NCBI GenBank assembly: GCA_902780135.1
Contig: CACZEK010000014.1
Coordinates: 16-64,015 of the forward strand
Length of the DNA: 64,000 bases
Direction of reading: 5' to 3'
Source of the DNA: an uncultured bacterium
Lineage (GTDB): Bacteria > Verrucomicrobiota > Lentisphaeria > Victivallales > UBA1829
Positions 8,552 through 19,386 of this stretch are shown one piece after another. Within the stretch, counting starts at the first letter, position 1, and each line of letters starts with the position of its first letter. The translations under genes were made by a program, and so were the position numbers. Below the pieces are notes generated by a model, which saw only the letters and a list, made by a program, of their open reading frames with translations, did not search any database and was not told the DNA's origin.

Positions 8552-10564
8552 CTACGCTTCGTCATCGTTATACTTCTTCATGAATTCTTCGTGTTCGGAG
8601 GCGAGGCGTTCCCATTCGACGGTGGCCTCGGCGATGTCGTAGTCGAGCGCCTTGCGGCGTTTCTGGAGGGCGGCGAAATCGGTCTGCGGGGTGGCTTCCA
8701 TGAGCTGCCTGTCGATCTCCGCCTTCTCGTTTTCGGCGTCCTCGATGATCTTCTCGCACTTCGCCAGGCCGCGTTCGATGCGGCGTTTTTCGGGGAGCAG
8801 GGCGTTGCGTTTCGCGGCCTTCTCGCGGCGGCGGTCCTTGCCCGCGGTCTGCGGCTGGGGTTGCGCCTGCGCGCCCGAGGCGGACCCGGAATTGGCGGCG
8901 GACGAAGCGGACGAAGAAGCCTTGTTCTGCTGATTGTTCGAGGCGGGCGCGTTCGCGGCTTCCTCCTCGGCGAGTTTTTCCTTGTAGTAATCGAAGCCGC
9001 CGAAGAAGCGTTTGACGCGGTCGTGGCGCATTTCGAGGATGCTGGTGGCGGTGCCGCGGATGAATTCGAGGTCGTGGCTGACGAAGCAGACCGTGCCCTT
9101 GTAGTTCACGAGGGCGTCCTGCAGCGCCTCGCGCGCGGCGATGTCGAGGTGCGTGGTCGGTTCGTCGAGGATGAGCAGGTTCGGCGGGTTCACGAAGATG
9201 CGCGCGAAGCAGAGGCGGATCTTCTCGCCGCCGGACAGCACCTTGCACTGCTTCATGGCGTCGTCGCCGGAGAACCCGAACGCGCCGAGGATCTCGCGGA
9301 TGCGCGAGGGCGGGGTGTCGCCGGGGGCGGCGTGCTTCACGACGTCGTAGGCGGCCTCTTCGGCGGGGAGGAGTTCGGCGAATTCCTGCGCCTGGTAGCC
9401 GATGACGACGTTGTGTCCGAGGCGGGCGCGTCCGGAGGTCGGGGCGAGGGTGCCTGCGATGATGCGGAGGAGCGTGGTCTTGCCCATGCCGTTGTAGCCC
9501 ACGATGCCGAGCTTGTCGCCGTTGTTGACCGTGAAGGAGACGTCGCGGAAGACGAACCGCGCGCCGTCGTAGGAGTGCGAGACGTTTTCGACGGCGCAGA
9601 CCTCGGCGCCGCAGCGGGGCGGGTCGGGGATGCGGATCCGCCCCTGGAAATGAAGCTGTTCGGGCAGTTCCTCGGTCTCGATCTTGTCGAGCATCTTGAT
9701 CCACATCTGCACCTGGGCTGCCTTGCTCGCCTTGTAGCGGAAGCGTTCGATGTTCTCCTTCAGCTTGTCGCGGCGCTTTTCGGTGTTCTTGCGTGCGGCC
9801 TCGGCGAGCGCGGAGCGCGTTTCGCGTTCGACGACGTACTTGCTGTAGCTGCCGGAATAGCGCGTCGCCTTGCCGCCGTTGATCTCGAGCGTGACGTTCG
9901 TGAGGGAGTTGAGCAGGAAACGGTCGTGGGAGATGAGGAGCAGCGTGCCTGTGTAGACGCGCAGGCGGCGCTGAAGCCATTCCACGGCGGGGATGTCGAG
10001 GTAGTTGGAGGGCTCGTCGAGGAGCAGGATGTCCGGTTCGGAGAGCAGGACGCGCGCCATGGACGCGCGCATCTGCCAGCCGCCTGAAAACGAGTTCAGC
10101 GGCTTGTGGAAGACGTCCTCGTCGAATCCGAGCCCGGCGAGCGCGGCTTCGGCGCGGTGCCCGGAATCGTATCCGCCGAGGTGTTCGTAGGTGGTCTGCA
10201 GGTGCCCGAATTCGTCGAGCAGCTGGCGGTTGGCGGGATCGGTCTCGAGGGCGCGTTCGACCTCCGCGAGGCGCGCCTGGATGGCGGGGAGTTCGCCCGT
10301 GGCGGCGACGTAGGAGAGCACGTCCTCCTGCTTGTCGGAGAGGTCGATCTGCTGGCGCAGGATGCCGATGCGGAGGCGTTCCGGGATCATGATCTCGCCC
10401 TTGTCGGGCGGGAGTTCGCCGAGGATCATGCTGAAGACGGTGGTCTTGCCCGCGCCGTTTGGGCCGACCATGCCGACGCGCTCGCCCTGGTTGATGCGGA
10501 ACGAGGCGTTGTCGAGGATGGACTTGCCGCCCAGGAGCTTGGTGACGTTCTGGAAGTCGATCAT
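8552..10564 (-). CDS. ABC-F family ATP-binding protein
   Basis: Two ABC domains (GPNGAGKT/FSGGW/LLLDEP and GYNGMGKT/LSGGE/LILDEP), no TM segments, and a C-terminal coiled coil. Confidence 0.93.
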   Translation of the reverse strand: MIDFQNVTKLLGGKSILDNASFRINQGERVGMVGPNGAGKTTVFSMILGELPPDKGEIMIPERLRIGILRQQIDLSDKQEDVLSYVAATGELPAIQARLAEVERALETDPANRQLLDEFGHLQTTYEHLGGYDSGHRAEAALAGLGFDEDVFHKPLNSFSGGWQMRASMARVLLSEPDILLLDEPSNYLDIPAVEWLQRRLRVYTGTLLLISHDRFLLNSLTNVTLEINGGKATRYSGSYSKYVVERETRSALAEAARKNTEKRRDKLKENIERFRYKASKAAQVQMWIKMLDKIETEELPEQLHFQGRIRIPDPPRCGAEVCAVENVSHSYDGARFVFRDVSFTVNNGDKLGIVGYNGMGKTTLLRIIAGTLAPTSGRARLGHNVVIGYQAQEFAELLPAEEAAYDVVKHAAPGDTPPSRIREILGAFGFSGDDAMKQCKVLSGGEKIRLCFARIFVNPPNLLILDEPTTHLDIAAREALQDALVNYKGTVCFVSHDLEFIRGTATSILEMRHDRVKRFFGGFDYYKEKLAEEEAANAPASNNQQNKASSSASSAANSGSASGAQAQPQPQTAGKDRRREKAAKRNALLPEKRRIERGLAKCEKIIEDAENEKAEIDRQLMEATPQTDFAALQKRRKALDYDIAEATVEWERLASEHEEFMKKYNDDEA

Positions 10565-10625
10565 GGGGCTGCGTTCTTCGTCTTCGGCGTTTCGGCTGGC
10601 TGCGTCGGGGAAATCTGCCCGCGCC

Positions 10626-12455
10626 TTACTCCGCGCCTTCCGCCTCGGCCTTCAGCATCTTGCCGCGGATGCGGCGGCGTTCGAGCGAGGTGAGGTATTT
10701 CTTGCGGAGGCGGATGTTGAGCGGGGTAACCTCGACGTATTCGTCATCTTCGATGTATTCGAGCGCTTCCTCGAGCGAGAGCTTCGCGGCGGGCGCGATC
10801 TTGAGGTTGCGGTCGGAACCGGCGGCGCGCATATTGCTGAGCTTCTTCGCCTTCTGGAGATTGACCTCCAGGTCGTCGTCGGTGCAGTGGGAGCCGACGA
10901 TCATGCCCTCGTAGGTCTCCACGCCGGGGTCGATGAAGAAGGTGCCGCGGAGCTGGAGGGCGTCGATGGCGTAGGCTTCCGCCTTGCCGCGCCCCATGCT
11001 GACCATGACGCCGTTGGTGCGGCTGGGCACGTCGCCCTTCATGGGCTCGTAGTGGTCGAATCTGTGGGAGATGATCGCTTCGCCGGCGGTGGCGGTCATG
11101 ACCTTGCTGCGGAGGCCGATGATGCCGCGCGTGGGGATCATGAACTCGAGGAGCTGGCGCGAACCGTGCTGCTCCATTTTCATCATCTCGCCGCGGCGGA
11201 GGCCGACGATCTCGATGACCTTTCCGGCGGCGTTTTCGGCGACGTCGACCGTGAGCTCCTCGATCGGCTCGTTCTTTACGCCGTCGATCTCGCGGATGAT
11301 GACGTGCGGCTTGGTGATCGTGAGCTCGTAGCCTTCGCGGCGCATGGTCTCGATGAGGATCGCGAGGTGGAGCACGCCGCGTCCGCTGACCTTGAAGCTG
11401 TCGCCTTCGCCTTCCTCCACGCGGAGCGCCACGTCGCGCTCGGCTTCCTTCAGGAGGCGTTCGCGGATGTGGCGGCTGCTGATGAACTTGCCCTCCTGCC
11501 CGAAGAACGGGGAGTCGTTCACGCGGAACATCATGGAGAGGGTGGGCTCGTCGATGGAGATCGGGGGCAGGGCTTCGGGCGCGTTCGCGTCGGCGATGGT
11601 GTCGCCGATGTCGATGTGCTCCACGCCGACGAGGGCGCAGAGGTCGCCGCAAGGCACTTCGCGGACCTCCTTGCGGGAGATGCCCTCGAAGGTGAAGAGC
11701 TGCTTGATCTGCGTCGGGATGACCTTGCCGTCGCGCTTGACCTGGCAGAGCGGCTCGTCGAGGGAGAGCGTGCCGCGGTGGACGCGGCCGATGCCGATGC
11801 GGCCCACGTAGTCGTTGTAGTCGAGCGTGGTGATCTGGATCTGCGCGGGTCCCTCGTTGAAGGGCGGCGGCGGGATGTGGTCGATGATCGCGTCCATGAG
11901 CGGGAGGATGGAGTCGCGGGAGCCTTTTTCGAGGTCGGTGGTCGCCCAGCCGTCGCGTCCGCTGGCGTAGAGCACGGGGAAGTCGAGCTGTTCCTCGGTG
12001 GCGTCGAGGTCGATGAAGAGGTCGTAGACGGCGTTCAGGACCTCCTGCGGGCGGGCGTCGGGGCGGTCGATCTTGTTGATGATGACGATTGGGCGGAGTT
12101 TGAGCTTCAGCGCCTTGTCCAGCACGAAACGCGTCTGGGGCAGGGGGCCTTCCGCGCTGTCGACCAGCAGCAGGACGCCGTCCGCCATGTTCAGGACGCG
12201 TTCCACCTGGCCGCCGAAATCGCTGTGGCCGGGAGTGTCGATGATATTGATCTTGGTGTCGCGGTAGTTCACGCTGATATTTTTCGCAAGGATGGTGATG
12301 CCGCGTTCGCGTTCGAGTTCGTTGCTGTCGAGGAAGCAGGTGTGCATTTCCTGGTTTTCGCGGAAGAGCTTTGCCTGGCGGATGATCTCGTCGACGAGCG
12401 TGGTCTTGCCGTGGTCGACGTGCGCGATGATGGCGATGTTTCGGATGTTCTGCAT
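10626..12455 (-). CDS. typA: Translational GTPase TypA/BipA
   Basis: [43 protein letters not shown] and GRGVLHL motifs. The true start is 12455; the longer ORF-track extension is antisense to the GH127 gene. Confidence 0.97.
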   Translation of the reverse strand: MQNIRNIAIIAHVDHGKTTLVDEIIRQAKLFRENQEMHTCFLDSNELERERGITILAKNISVNYRDTKINIIDTPGHSDFGGQVERVLNMADGVLLLVDSAEGPLPQTRFVLDKALKLKLRPIVIINKIDRPDARPQEVLNAVYDLFIDLDATEEQLDFPVLYASGRDGWATTDLEKGSRDSILPLMDAIIDHIPPPPFNEGPAQIQITTLDYNDYVGRIGIGRVHRGTLSLDEPLCQVKRDGKVIPTQIKQLFTFEGISRKEVREVPCGDLCALVGVEHIDIGDTIADANAPEALPPISIDEPTLSMMFRVNDSPFFGQEGKFISSRHIRERLLKEAERDVALRVEEGEGDSFKVSGRGVLHLAILIETMRREGYELTITKPHVIIREIDGVKNEPIEELTVDVAENAAGKVIEIVGLRRGEMMKMEQHGSRQLLEFMIPTRGIIGLRSKVMTATAGEAIISHRFDHYEPMKGDVPSRTNGVMVSMGRGKAEAYAIDALQLRGTFFIDPGVETYEGMIVGSHCTDDDLEVNLQKAKKLSNMRAAGSDRNLKIAPAAKLSLEEALEYIEDDEYVEVTPLNIRLRKKYLTSLERRRIRGKMLKAEAEGAE

Positions 12456-12631
12456 AAAAGGTTTCGGGGTTGCGGGAAGCTGTTGAAAACAAATGTAATC
12501 TATTAATATAGCATCGAAACGGCTAAAAATCAATCGCATGCGCGCACGTGGAGCTCGTTTTTTCCGACTTTTTCGCACGCCTCGCCCGGCGTCCGGCGCG
12601 CCGCCGTTTCCCTTTCCGCGCGGACGCCGTC

Positions 12632-12660
12632 TTGATTTTATGCGAAACCCGTGGTATATT
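12632..12660 (+). promoter_or_regulatory. Putative promoter for the GH127 gene
   Basis: TTGATT-17 bp-TATATT with an extended TG. Confidence 0.6.
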
Positions 12661-12752
12661 AGCGTGAAAAGACAAACAAAAAACACCGGAAACGGTCCCG
12701 CCCGAGGAAAAAACGCGGCCGCCGTTTCCGTCCCAACAGGAGCCCTTCCCAC

Positions 12753-15125
12753 ATGACAGGTCACATTATGGCAAAAACGGTTTTTGCAGGAAGCGCCGCG
12801 CTCATGGCAGCCGGAGCTTTCGCCGCCGAAGCGGACTACCCGATCAGTCCCGTCCCGTTCACCAAAGTCAAGTTCACTTCCGGCGTGCTCGCGGAACGCC
12901 AGGAGGTCAACCGGAAGGTCACGATCCCGTTCGCGCTCCAGCAGTGCCTGGAGTCGGGCAGGCTGAAGAACTTCGACCTCGCCGCCGAGACCATGCGCCG
13001 CCGCGCCGCGGGCGAAACGACGTTCCAGAACCGCCCGGCGTCCTCGCTGCCGTTCGACGACACGGACATCTACAAGTTCCTGGAGGGCGCGTCGTACTCG
13101 CTCCAGACGAACCCGGATCCCGAGCTGCAGAAGAAGATGGAGGACATCATCCGGCATGTGAAGGCGGCGCAGGAGCCGGACGGCTATCTGTACACGTTCC
13201 GCACCATGCACCCGGATTCTCCTGCGCACGAATGGATCAACCAGCGCCGCTGGCTGAACGACCCGAACCTGAGCCACGAGCTGTACAACCTGGGGCATTT
13301 CTACGAATGCGCCACGGCGTATTTCGAGGCGACGGGCGACCGCACGCTGCTGGACATGGCTGTGAAGTCCGCCGAACTCGTGAACAAGGACCTCGGCGGG
13401 GACGATCCCTGCATCGCGCCCGGCCATCAGATCATCGAAATGGGGCTCGCGAAGCTGTACCGCCAGACCGGCGATCCGCGCTGGCTGAAGCTCGCCGCGC
13501 ATTTCCTCGAAAACAAGGCGAAACGCGGACCCGGCGACCCCTACAGCCAGTCGCATAAGCCCGTGCTCCAGCAGGACGAGGCCGTTGGGCACGCCGTCCG
13601 CGCCAACTACATGTACGCGGGCATGGCGGACGTGGCGGCGCTCTCCGGCGACCAGCGCTACGTCGACGCCATCACGAAGATCTGGGACAACGTCGTCGGA
13701 AAGAAATACCACCTGACCGGCGGATGCGGCGCGCGCAGCAGCGGCGAAGCCTACGGCAACAACTACGAGCTCCCGAACCGCTGCTACAACGAGACGTGCG
13801 CCGCCGTGGCGTTCCTCTTCTGGACGCACCGGATGTTCCTGATGTACGGCGACGCGAAGTACATGGACACGTTCGAGCGCACCATGTACAACGGCGCGTT
13901 CTCCGGCGTCTCGCTCTCCGGCGACCGCTTCTTCTATCCGAACCTGCTGGAATCTGGCGGTTCGACGCGCTCCGCGTGGTTCGGCTGCGCCTGCTGCCCG
14001 CCGAACATCATGCGCACGATCGCCTCGCTCGGGCAGTATGTCTGCGCGAAGAAGGACGACACGGTCTACATGCTCCTGTACGGTTCGGGCACGGTCGACG
14101 CGGGCGACGCCGTATTCACGCAGACCACGAACTACCCGTGGGACGGCAAGGTCGAAATCGCGCTTTCCGGCGTGAAGAAGGGCAAGTTCGCGCTCGCGCT
14201 CCGCATCCCCGGCTGGGCCGAGGGGCATCCCGTGCCGTCCGACCTGTATGCTTATGTGAACGGCGAGCCCGCGAAATGGACGCTGCTGGTGAACGGAAAG
14301 AAGGCGGACTATAAGATGGACAAGGGCTTCGCCGTGATCGACCGCACGTGGAAGAACGGCGACACGGTCACGCTCGACCTGCCGATGGAGGTCCGCCGCG
14401 TGAAAGCCAACGAAAAGGTCGGCAACCTCGCCGGACAGGTCGCGTTCGAGCGCGGCCCGATCGTGTTCGCGTTCGAGCAGATCGACCAGGGCGTGAAGAT
14501 CCCGTGGCGCCGCTGGTTCGTGCTCCCGGACGCGAAGGTCACGGCGAAATACCGCACCGACCTCTTCCCGTCGGGCGGCGTGGAGACGATCGAGGTCGAC
14601 ACGAAGGACGGAAAGATGGTTGGCATCCCGTACGCCTGGTGGGCGAACCGCGGCTCCATGCCGATGCGCGTGTGGCTGTCCGATTCCGACACCTCAGCCC
14701 AGCACGCGGCGAACAAGTCCGAGGAGGCGAAAGTGAGCGTTTCTTACGCCCGCGGCGGCATGAACCCGGCGGCGATCAACGACGGATTCTTCCCGCAGAA
14801 CCCGACCGACATCGACATCGAAAACTTCGATTTCTGGTCGCACCTCGGCGGCAGCGAATGGGTCATGCTCACGTTCGAGGAGCCGGTCGACGTCTCCCGC
14901 TGCAAGTTCTACTGGTTCGACGACAGCCGGCGCGGCGGTGGTTGCGCCCTGCCGCAGTCCTGGACGCTCAGCTGGGACAACAACGGGCAGTGGACGCCGG
15001 TCGAGGCGAGCGAATCGAAGATGGACGAGATCGCGTTCAAGCCGGTGAAGACGAAGCGGCTGCGCCTCGACATCCGCCAGCGCAACCGGATGGCGTCCGG
15101 CCTGTACGAGTGGCTTGTATTCTGA
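12753..15125 (+). CDS. GH127 family glycoside hydrolase (beta-L-arabinofuranosidase-like) with a C-terminal beta-sandwich module
   Basis: HELYNLGH, GHAVRA, ETCAA, WFGCACCPPN, YPWDG and RGP motifs, plus a signal peptide. Alternative start at 12768. Confidence 0.92.
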   Translation: MTGHIMAKTVFAGSAALMAAGAFAAEADYPISPVPFTKVKFTSGVLAERQEVNRKVTIPFALQQCLESGRLKNFDLAAETMRRRAAGETTFQNRPASSLPFDDTDIYKFLEGASYSLQTNPDPELQKKMEDIIRHVKAAQEPDGYLYTFRTMHPDSPAHEWINQRRWLNDPNLSHELYNLGHFYECATAYFEATGDRTLLDMAVKSAELVNKDLGGDDPCIAPGHQIIEMGLAKLYRQTGDPRWLKLAAHFLENKAKRGPGDPYSQSHKPVLQQDEAVGHAVRANYMYAGMADVAALSGDQRYVDAITKIWDNVVGKKYHLTGGCGARSSGEAYGNNYELPNRCYNETCAAVAFLFWTHRMFLMYGDAKYMDTFERTMYNGAFSGVSLSGDRFFYPNLLESGGSTRSAWFGCACCPPNIMRTIASLGQYVCAKKDDTVYMLLYGSGTVDAGDAVFTQTTNYPWDGKVEIALSGVKKGKFALALRIPGWAEGHPVPSDLYAYVNGEPAKWTLLVNGKKADYKMDKGFAVIDRTWKNGDTVTLDLPMEVRRVKANEKVGNLAGQVAFERGPIVFAFEQIDQGVKIPWRRWFVLPDAKVTAKYRTDLFPSGGVETIEVDTKDGKMVGIPYAWWANRGSMPMRVWLSDSDTSAQHAANKSEEAKVSVSYARGGMNPAAINDGFFPQNPTDIDIENFDFWSHLGGSEWVMLTFEEPVDVSRCKFYWFDDSRRGGGCALPQSWTLSWDNNGQWTPVEASESKMDEIAFKPVKTKRLRLDIRQRNRMASGLYEWLVF

Positions 15126-15153
15126 ATCTTTGAACTGAAATCGAAACACAAAA

Positions 15154-15186
15154 CGGCGGGGACAGCCTGAACGACTGTTCCCGCCT
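15154..15186. terminator. Hairpin between the convergent GH127 and ligA genes
   Basis: GGCGGGGACAG-9 nt-CTGTTCCCGCC. Confidence 0.55.
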
Positions 15187-15218
15187 TGCTTCTGCTTTGA
15201 AAACGGGCTGAAATCCGG

Positions 15219-17123
15219 TCAGAAATCGAACGTCATCTGGTCGGACTTGTCCGGCTCTTCCTTCTTCGGCACGAAGTTCTTCACGGAGCCGAGCCAGAGG
15301 TCGAGCGACTGGATCGGGACCGAGAGGCGTTTCGCGTCGGCGATCTTCGTGGACGCGGCGTTCGGGTCGGCGGCGACGAGGAGCGCGAGGGCGTCGGTCA
15401 CGGAGTCGACCGGGGCGTAGCCCGCGGCCTTCGCGATGGACTCGTACCAGGCGCGTTTCTCCGGCATCTTGCCGGTGAAGCAGATCTTGGGGCGTTCCTC
15501 GGTCGAGGACGCCACGAGCGTGACGCCTGCGAGAAGCTCGTCCAGCCCGTCGGACTGCCGGATGAGCTCGTCGTGGAGCGCACGGGCGCGTTCGGGCCCG
15601 ATGCCGTTGATCTCGGCGAGCTGTTCGGTCGAGAGCGTACGGAGTTCGGCGAAAGTGTGCTTCTTGAGGATGGTCTTCGCGATGTTCGCGCCGATGCCCT
15701 TGATGTTGAGCGCGGCGAGGACCTTGTAGGCGGGCACGGTGCGCGCGGCCTGGATTTCGCGGTAGAGGTTCTGCGTGGACGTGCCCTGGAATCCGTCTTC
15801 GCGGAGCTGGGAGTAGATGGTCAGCTCGGAGAGGTTGAAGAGGTCGGAGAGCGTGCGGACGTTGAGCTTCGTCATGATCTTGCGGAGACTCGGCTCGCCG
15901 AGGTGCTCGATGCCGATGCTGCGGATGGACGCCAGCAGGAGCTGGAGGCGCGTCTCGAAACATTCCGGGTTCACGCAGCGGAGTTCGGGCAGGTCGCGGA
16001 CGAGTTCGTGTCCGCAGCAGGGACAATGCGAGATAAGGGCACTGCGCCGGACGGGGCCGGGTTCGCTGGAAACGATGTACGGGATCACGTCGCCCGCGCG
16101 TTCCACGGTTACCTCGTCGCCGATCTGCAGGTCGCGGTCGAGGATGTTCTGGAGGTTGTGGAGCGTGGCGTGTCGGATGGTGGTGCCGTTGATCTCGACC
16201 GGGTCGAGCTCGGCGACGGGCGTGAGGCAGTTCTTGCCGAAGCTCCAGTTCACGCCGAGCAGGCGCGTGGTGCGTCGGATGCCGCTGAACTTGAACGCGA
16301 TCTGTCCGCGCGGATGGTGGGCGGTGTTGCCGAGCGATTCGGCGTACTCCGTGTCCGCGAGCTTGATGACGAGGCCGTCCATCGGGTAGGGGAGCTGTTC
16401 CATTTCCTCCAGGACGTCCGGCCAGATGCGGCTGATCTCGGCGGCCGTGGCGGGACGCGAGACGGTGCCGTAGTCGACGAGCGTGAGGCGGGCGTGCTGG
16501 GCGGTCATGCCGGAGATGTCCTTCAGGCTCATGATGCCGCCGATGGCGTTGCGCGAGTTGCGGAACGGCTTGCCGTTGGCGTTCAGGATCGTGGCGTAGC
16601 GGCGCTTGAAGTCGTCCGTGCGGATCAGGAGTTCGCCGAGCACGCGCCCGGGGTATTCCGTCAGCGGCAGCACGCCGGACAGCGTCTCCAGGTCGATCAG
16701 CGGCGCCTTGTCCGTGATGACCTTGCCGGTGAAGCCGTCGCCGCGCGTGGAGAGCACGCCGTCCTCCCACAGCACGGAGATGCCGTCGTACTTGGGCTGG
16801 ATCAGGAGCTTTTCGTCGGCGGTGCGGACTGTCTTCTCCAGCCAGGCGACGAGTTCGGGCAGGGAATATACCTTGTCGAGCGAGAGCATGGGGCGTTCGT
16901 GCCGGATGTTCTCGGTGGACGCCACGGCGGGGGCGTTGACCTGGTCGAGCAGGCGGTTGCCGGGATCCTTCTCCGCCAGCAGGCGCGTGATGTAGTCGAA
17001 GTCGTCGTCGCTGATCGCCGGGTCGGATTCGTCCCAGTAGCGCGCGTTGTAAAACCGTATTTTTTCTTCGAGCTTGGACGCGCTCATGGCGCGGTATGCG
17101 GCCCTGTCAATGCCGGGAGTCAT
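15219..17123 (-). CDS. ligA: NAD-dependent DNA ligase
   Basis: MLSL, adenylation motif KYDG, RGDG, DGLVIK, IAFKF, ATLHN, RAGDVIP, a Cys zinc finger, HhH motifs and a BRCT domain. Confidence 0.95.
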   Translation of the reverse strand: MTPGIDRAAYRAMSASKLEEKIRFYNARYWDESDPAISDDDFDYITRLLAEKDPGNRLLDQVNAPAVASTENIRHERPMLSLDKVYSLPELVAWLEKTVRTADEKLLIQPKYDGISVLWEDGVLSTRGDGFTGKVITDKAPLIDLETLSGVLPLTEYPGRVLGELLIRTDDFKRRYATILNANGKPFRNSRNAIGGIMSLKDISGMTAQHARLTLVDYGTVSRPATAAEISRIWPDVLEEMEQLPYPMDGLVIKLADTEYAESLGNTAHHPRGQIAFKFSGIRRTTRLLGVNWSFGKNCLTPVAELDPVEINGTTIRHATLHNLQNILDRDLQIGDEVTVERAGDVIPYIVSSEPGPVRRSALISHCPCCGHELVRDLPELRCVNPECFETRLQLLLASIRSIGIEHLGEPSLRKIMTKLNVRTLSDLFNLSELTIYSQLREDGFQGTSTQNLYREIQAARTVPAYKVLAALNIKGIGANIAKTILKKHTFAELRTLSTEQLAEINGIGPERARALHDELIRQSDGLDELLAGVTLVASSTEERPKICFTGKMPEKRAWYESIAKAAGYAPVDSVTDALALLVAADPNAASTKIADAKRLSVPIQSLDLWLGSVKNFVPKKEEPDKSDQMTFDF

Positions 17124-17342
17124 GGTTTCCTCGTTTCGTTTTCCGACGGCTTCCGATGTCCGCCGTCGCGGTTCGTTTCACATCTTTCCTACACAAAATA
17201 CCACAACTTTGAAAAAAAACAACCGAAAACCGCGGAAAAAACGCCGTACAGGATTGAAAAACGCGAAATGCGGAGTTATTTTATCCGAATCAAAAACAAA
17301 AACGCCGGCGGAATGCCGCACCCGTCTTTTCATGGATCAAGA

Positions 17343-19181
17343 ATGAAGCGAATCATCCAGACACGCCTTTTCCTCTTCATGACGCTGGGACTCCTGTCCC
17401 TGCTCCTCATCGTCTGCCTGGTGATGGCGTTTGCCGCGAAGCATCAGGCGCGCGTCATCATCGGCGAGCGCCTTCTGGACCTGAGCCGGGAGGTTACGGA
17501 GTGGCGCGACAACTACAAGCAGCTCCGCGAGAACATGGATTCCGGTTCGCTGGCGAAAACGAGGATGCTGGCACGGATCATCCAGTACGACCCCGCCATC
17601 CTGAAGAACGAAACCCGGCTGAAGGAGCTCGCCGCTGCGCTGAACGTCGATTCCATCTGCGTTTCCGACGGGGAGGGCGTCCTGATCGCCTCGAGCGAGC
17701 CGGGCTTCCTCGGATTCCGCATGGATTCCACCGAGCAGTCGGAGGTGTTCATGCCCGCGGTCAGGGACAAGGCGTTCGAGCTGGTGCAGGATCCGCAGGA
17801 ACGCGGCATCGACCATTTGATCGTGCAGTATGCGGGCGTGGCGCGCCTCGACGAGCCCGGCATCGTCCAGATCGCCTACGAATCGGACAACGTGTTCAAT
17901 TATTCCGACATCGAGCTGATGCGCGGCATCATGCAGTCCCTGCCGATCGGAAAGAGCGGCAGGTTCCTGATTCTGGAGGACGGCGACGACCCGGTCGTCT
18001 TCGCCAGCGGCGACCCGTCCGAAAACGGCCTCCGCCTCTCCGAGCTCGGGTTCCGGCGCGACCCGGTCCTGCCCGACTCCGTTTTCATCCGCGGCAAGCC
18101 GTATTTCTGCGAACGCGTGCAGATACCGGACGAACCCCGGCGCGTGCTGGCGGTGATGCCGAAACCCGAAGTCTTCGCGGCGCGCAACCGCGCCATGGTC
18201 TTCATCCTCGGGATCTACCTCGTTTTCTTCGCGCTGTTCTTCTTCATGCTGGAACACCTGATCCGGCGGACCGTGACGGACGGCTTCTACGAGGTGAACC
18301 GCGCGCTGGACAAGATCATCGCGGGCGACCTGACGCAGACCGTGAACGTGCGGAACAACCCGGAATTCCTGGCGCTTTCCGACGGCATCAACACCATGGT
18401 CAGCGGCCTGAAGAAGAACCTGACCGATTCCCGCCGCCGCGTCAAACGCGAAAACGAGCTGGCGAAATCCATCCAGAAGACGCTGATCCCCGCGCCCGGA
18501 CGGCTTTTCCCCGAGTTCCCCCGGATCGACTTCGCCTCGGCGTCCGTGCTGGCGGCGCACAAGGGCAGCGACATCCTCGAAACCTTCGTGACCGATGCCG
18601 GACGACCCGGCTTCGTGATGGCGGAGGCGATCGGCGACAGCGTGTCCGCCTGCCTCAGCATGATGAAGTTCCGCGCCATTTTCCAGCCGTGCGTCGCGTC
18701 CGCCTCGGACCCGCTCGACATGCTGAACCGCGGCATGGTGCTTTTCAAGGACGAAAAGGTGTTCCGGAAGCAGTTCCTCTCGATCTTCGTCGGGTTCTTC
18801 GACCCGGAGGACCGGCGGCTCGACTTCGTGAACGCGGGCTTCTATCCGCCGTTCGTGCGCCGCTCCGGCGGCGAGTTCGAACATCTGCGCGCCTCGACGG
18901 GCACGGTGTTCACGACCTCGCGCCCGGTCGAATTCCGGCAGGAGAGCATCACGTTCGGACCCGGCGACGAGTTCTTCGCGTGCTCCAACGGCGTTTTCTC
19001 GCACCGCGACCGCGAGGGGCAGCTCTTCACGAAGAAGATGCTGCTGAACGCCCTGGGCGCATCGAAGGCGGACTCCGCGCAGGCGCTCCTTGCCGACGTG
19101 GCGGCCGCCGTCCGCGGGTTCTCCGGCGAGCTGCCCCCGGACGACGACGTCATCATGGCGGCGTTCCGCATGAACGTCTGA
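17343..19181 (+). CDS. Membrane sensor with a periplasmic domain, HAMP domain and SpoIIE/PP2C-like domain (degenerate active site)
   Basis: Two TM helices, HAMP (GDL...EF..L...IN.M), then ELAKSIQ, VNAGF and terminal DDV. Confidence 0.8.
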   Translation: MKRIIQTRLFLFMTLGLLSLLLIVCLVMAFAAKHQARVIIGERLLDLSREVTEWRDNYKQLRENMDSGSLAKTRMLARIIQYDPAILKNETRLKELAAALNVDSICVSDGEGVLIASSEPGFLGFRMDSTEQSEVFMPAVRDKAFELVQDPQERGIDHLIVQYAGVARLDEPGIVQIAYESDNVFNYSDIELMRGIMQSLPIGKSGRFLILEDGDDPVVFASGDPSENGLRLSELGFRRDPVLPDSVFIRGKPYFCERVQIPDEPRRVLAVMPKPEVFAARNRAMVFILGIYLVFFALFFFMLEHLIRRTVTDGFYEVNRALDKIIAGDLTQTVNVRNNPEFLALSDGINTMVSGLKKNLTDSRRRVKRENELAKSIQKTLIPAPGRLFPEFPRIDFASASVLAAHKGSDILETFVTDAGRPGFVMAEAIGDSVSACLSMMKFRAIFQPCVASASDPLDMLNRGMVLFKDEKVFRKQFLSIFVGFFDPEDRRLDFVNAGFYPPFVRRSGGEFEHLRASTGTVFTTSRPVEFRQESITFGPGDEFFACSNGVFSHRDREGQLFTKKMLLNALGASKADSAQALLADVAAAVRGFSGELPPDDDVIMAAFRMNV

Positions 19182-19386
19182 CCGCCGGCATAGCCGTCCC
19201 CCGTCTCCCGATTCCTCAAAAAAGCCGATTTATTCGCATTTTTCCGGCGAAAAAAGTTTGCATTTCCCGGAAAATGTCCTATATTTGTGGAATAACGTTA
19301 TCAATGCGGTATGGATTCCGCCCGGAACCTGTGCCGTTTCAACCCCGGACGCGGCCCCCGCGCTCCTCAAAAAACAAGGAAACACG

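Noticed and set aside
12456-14228. 1200-aa extended TypA
   Set aside because: The extension is the antisense frame of the GH127 gene and crosses an AT-rich promoter region. The TypA motifs start at 12455.
15573-17342. N-terminal extension of the SpoIIE-like ORF
   Set aside because: It is the antisense shadow of ligA. The plausible start is 17343.
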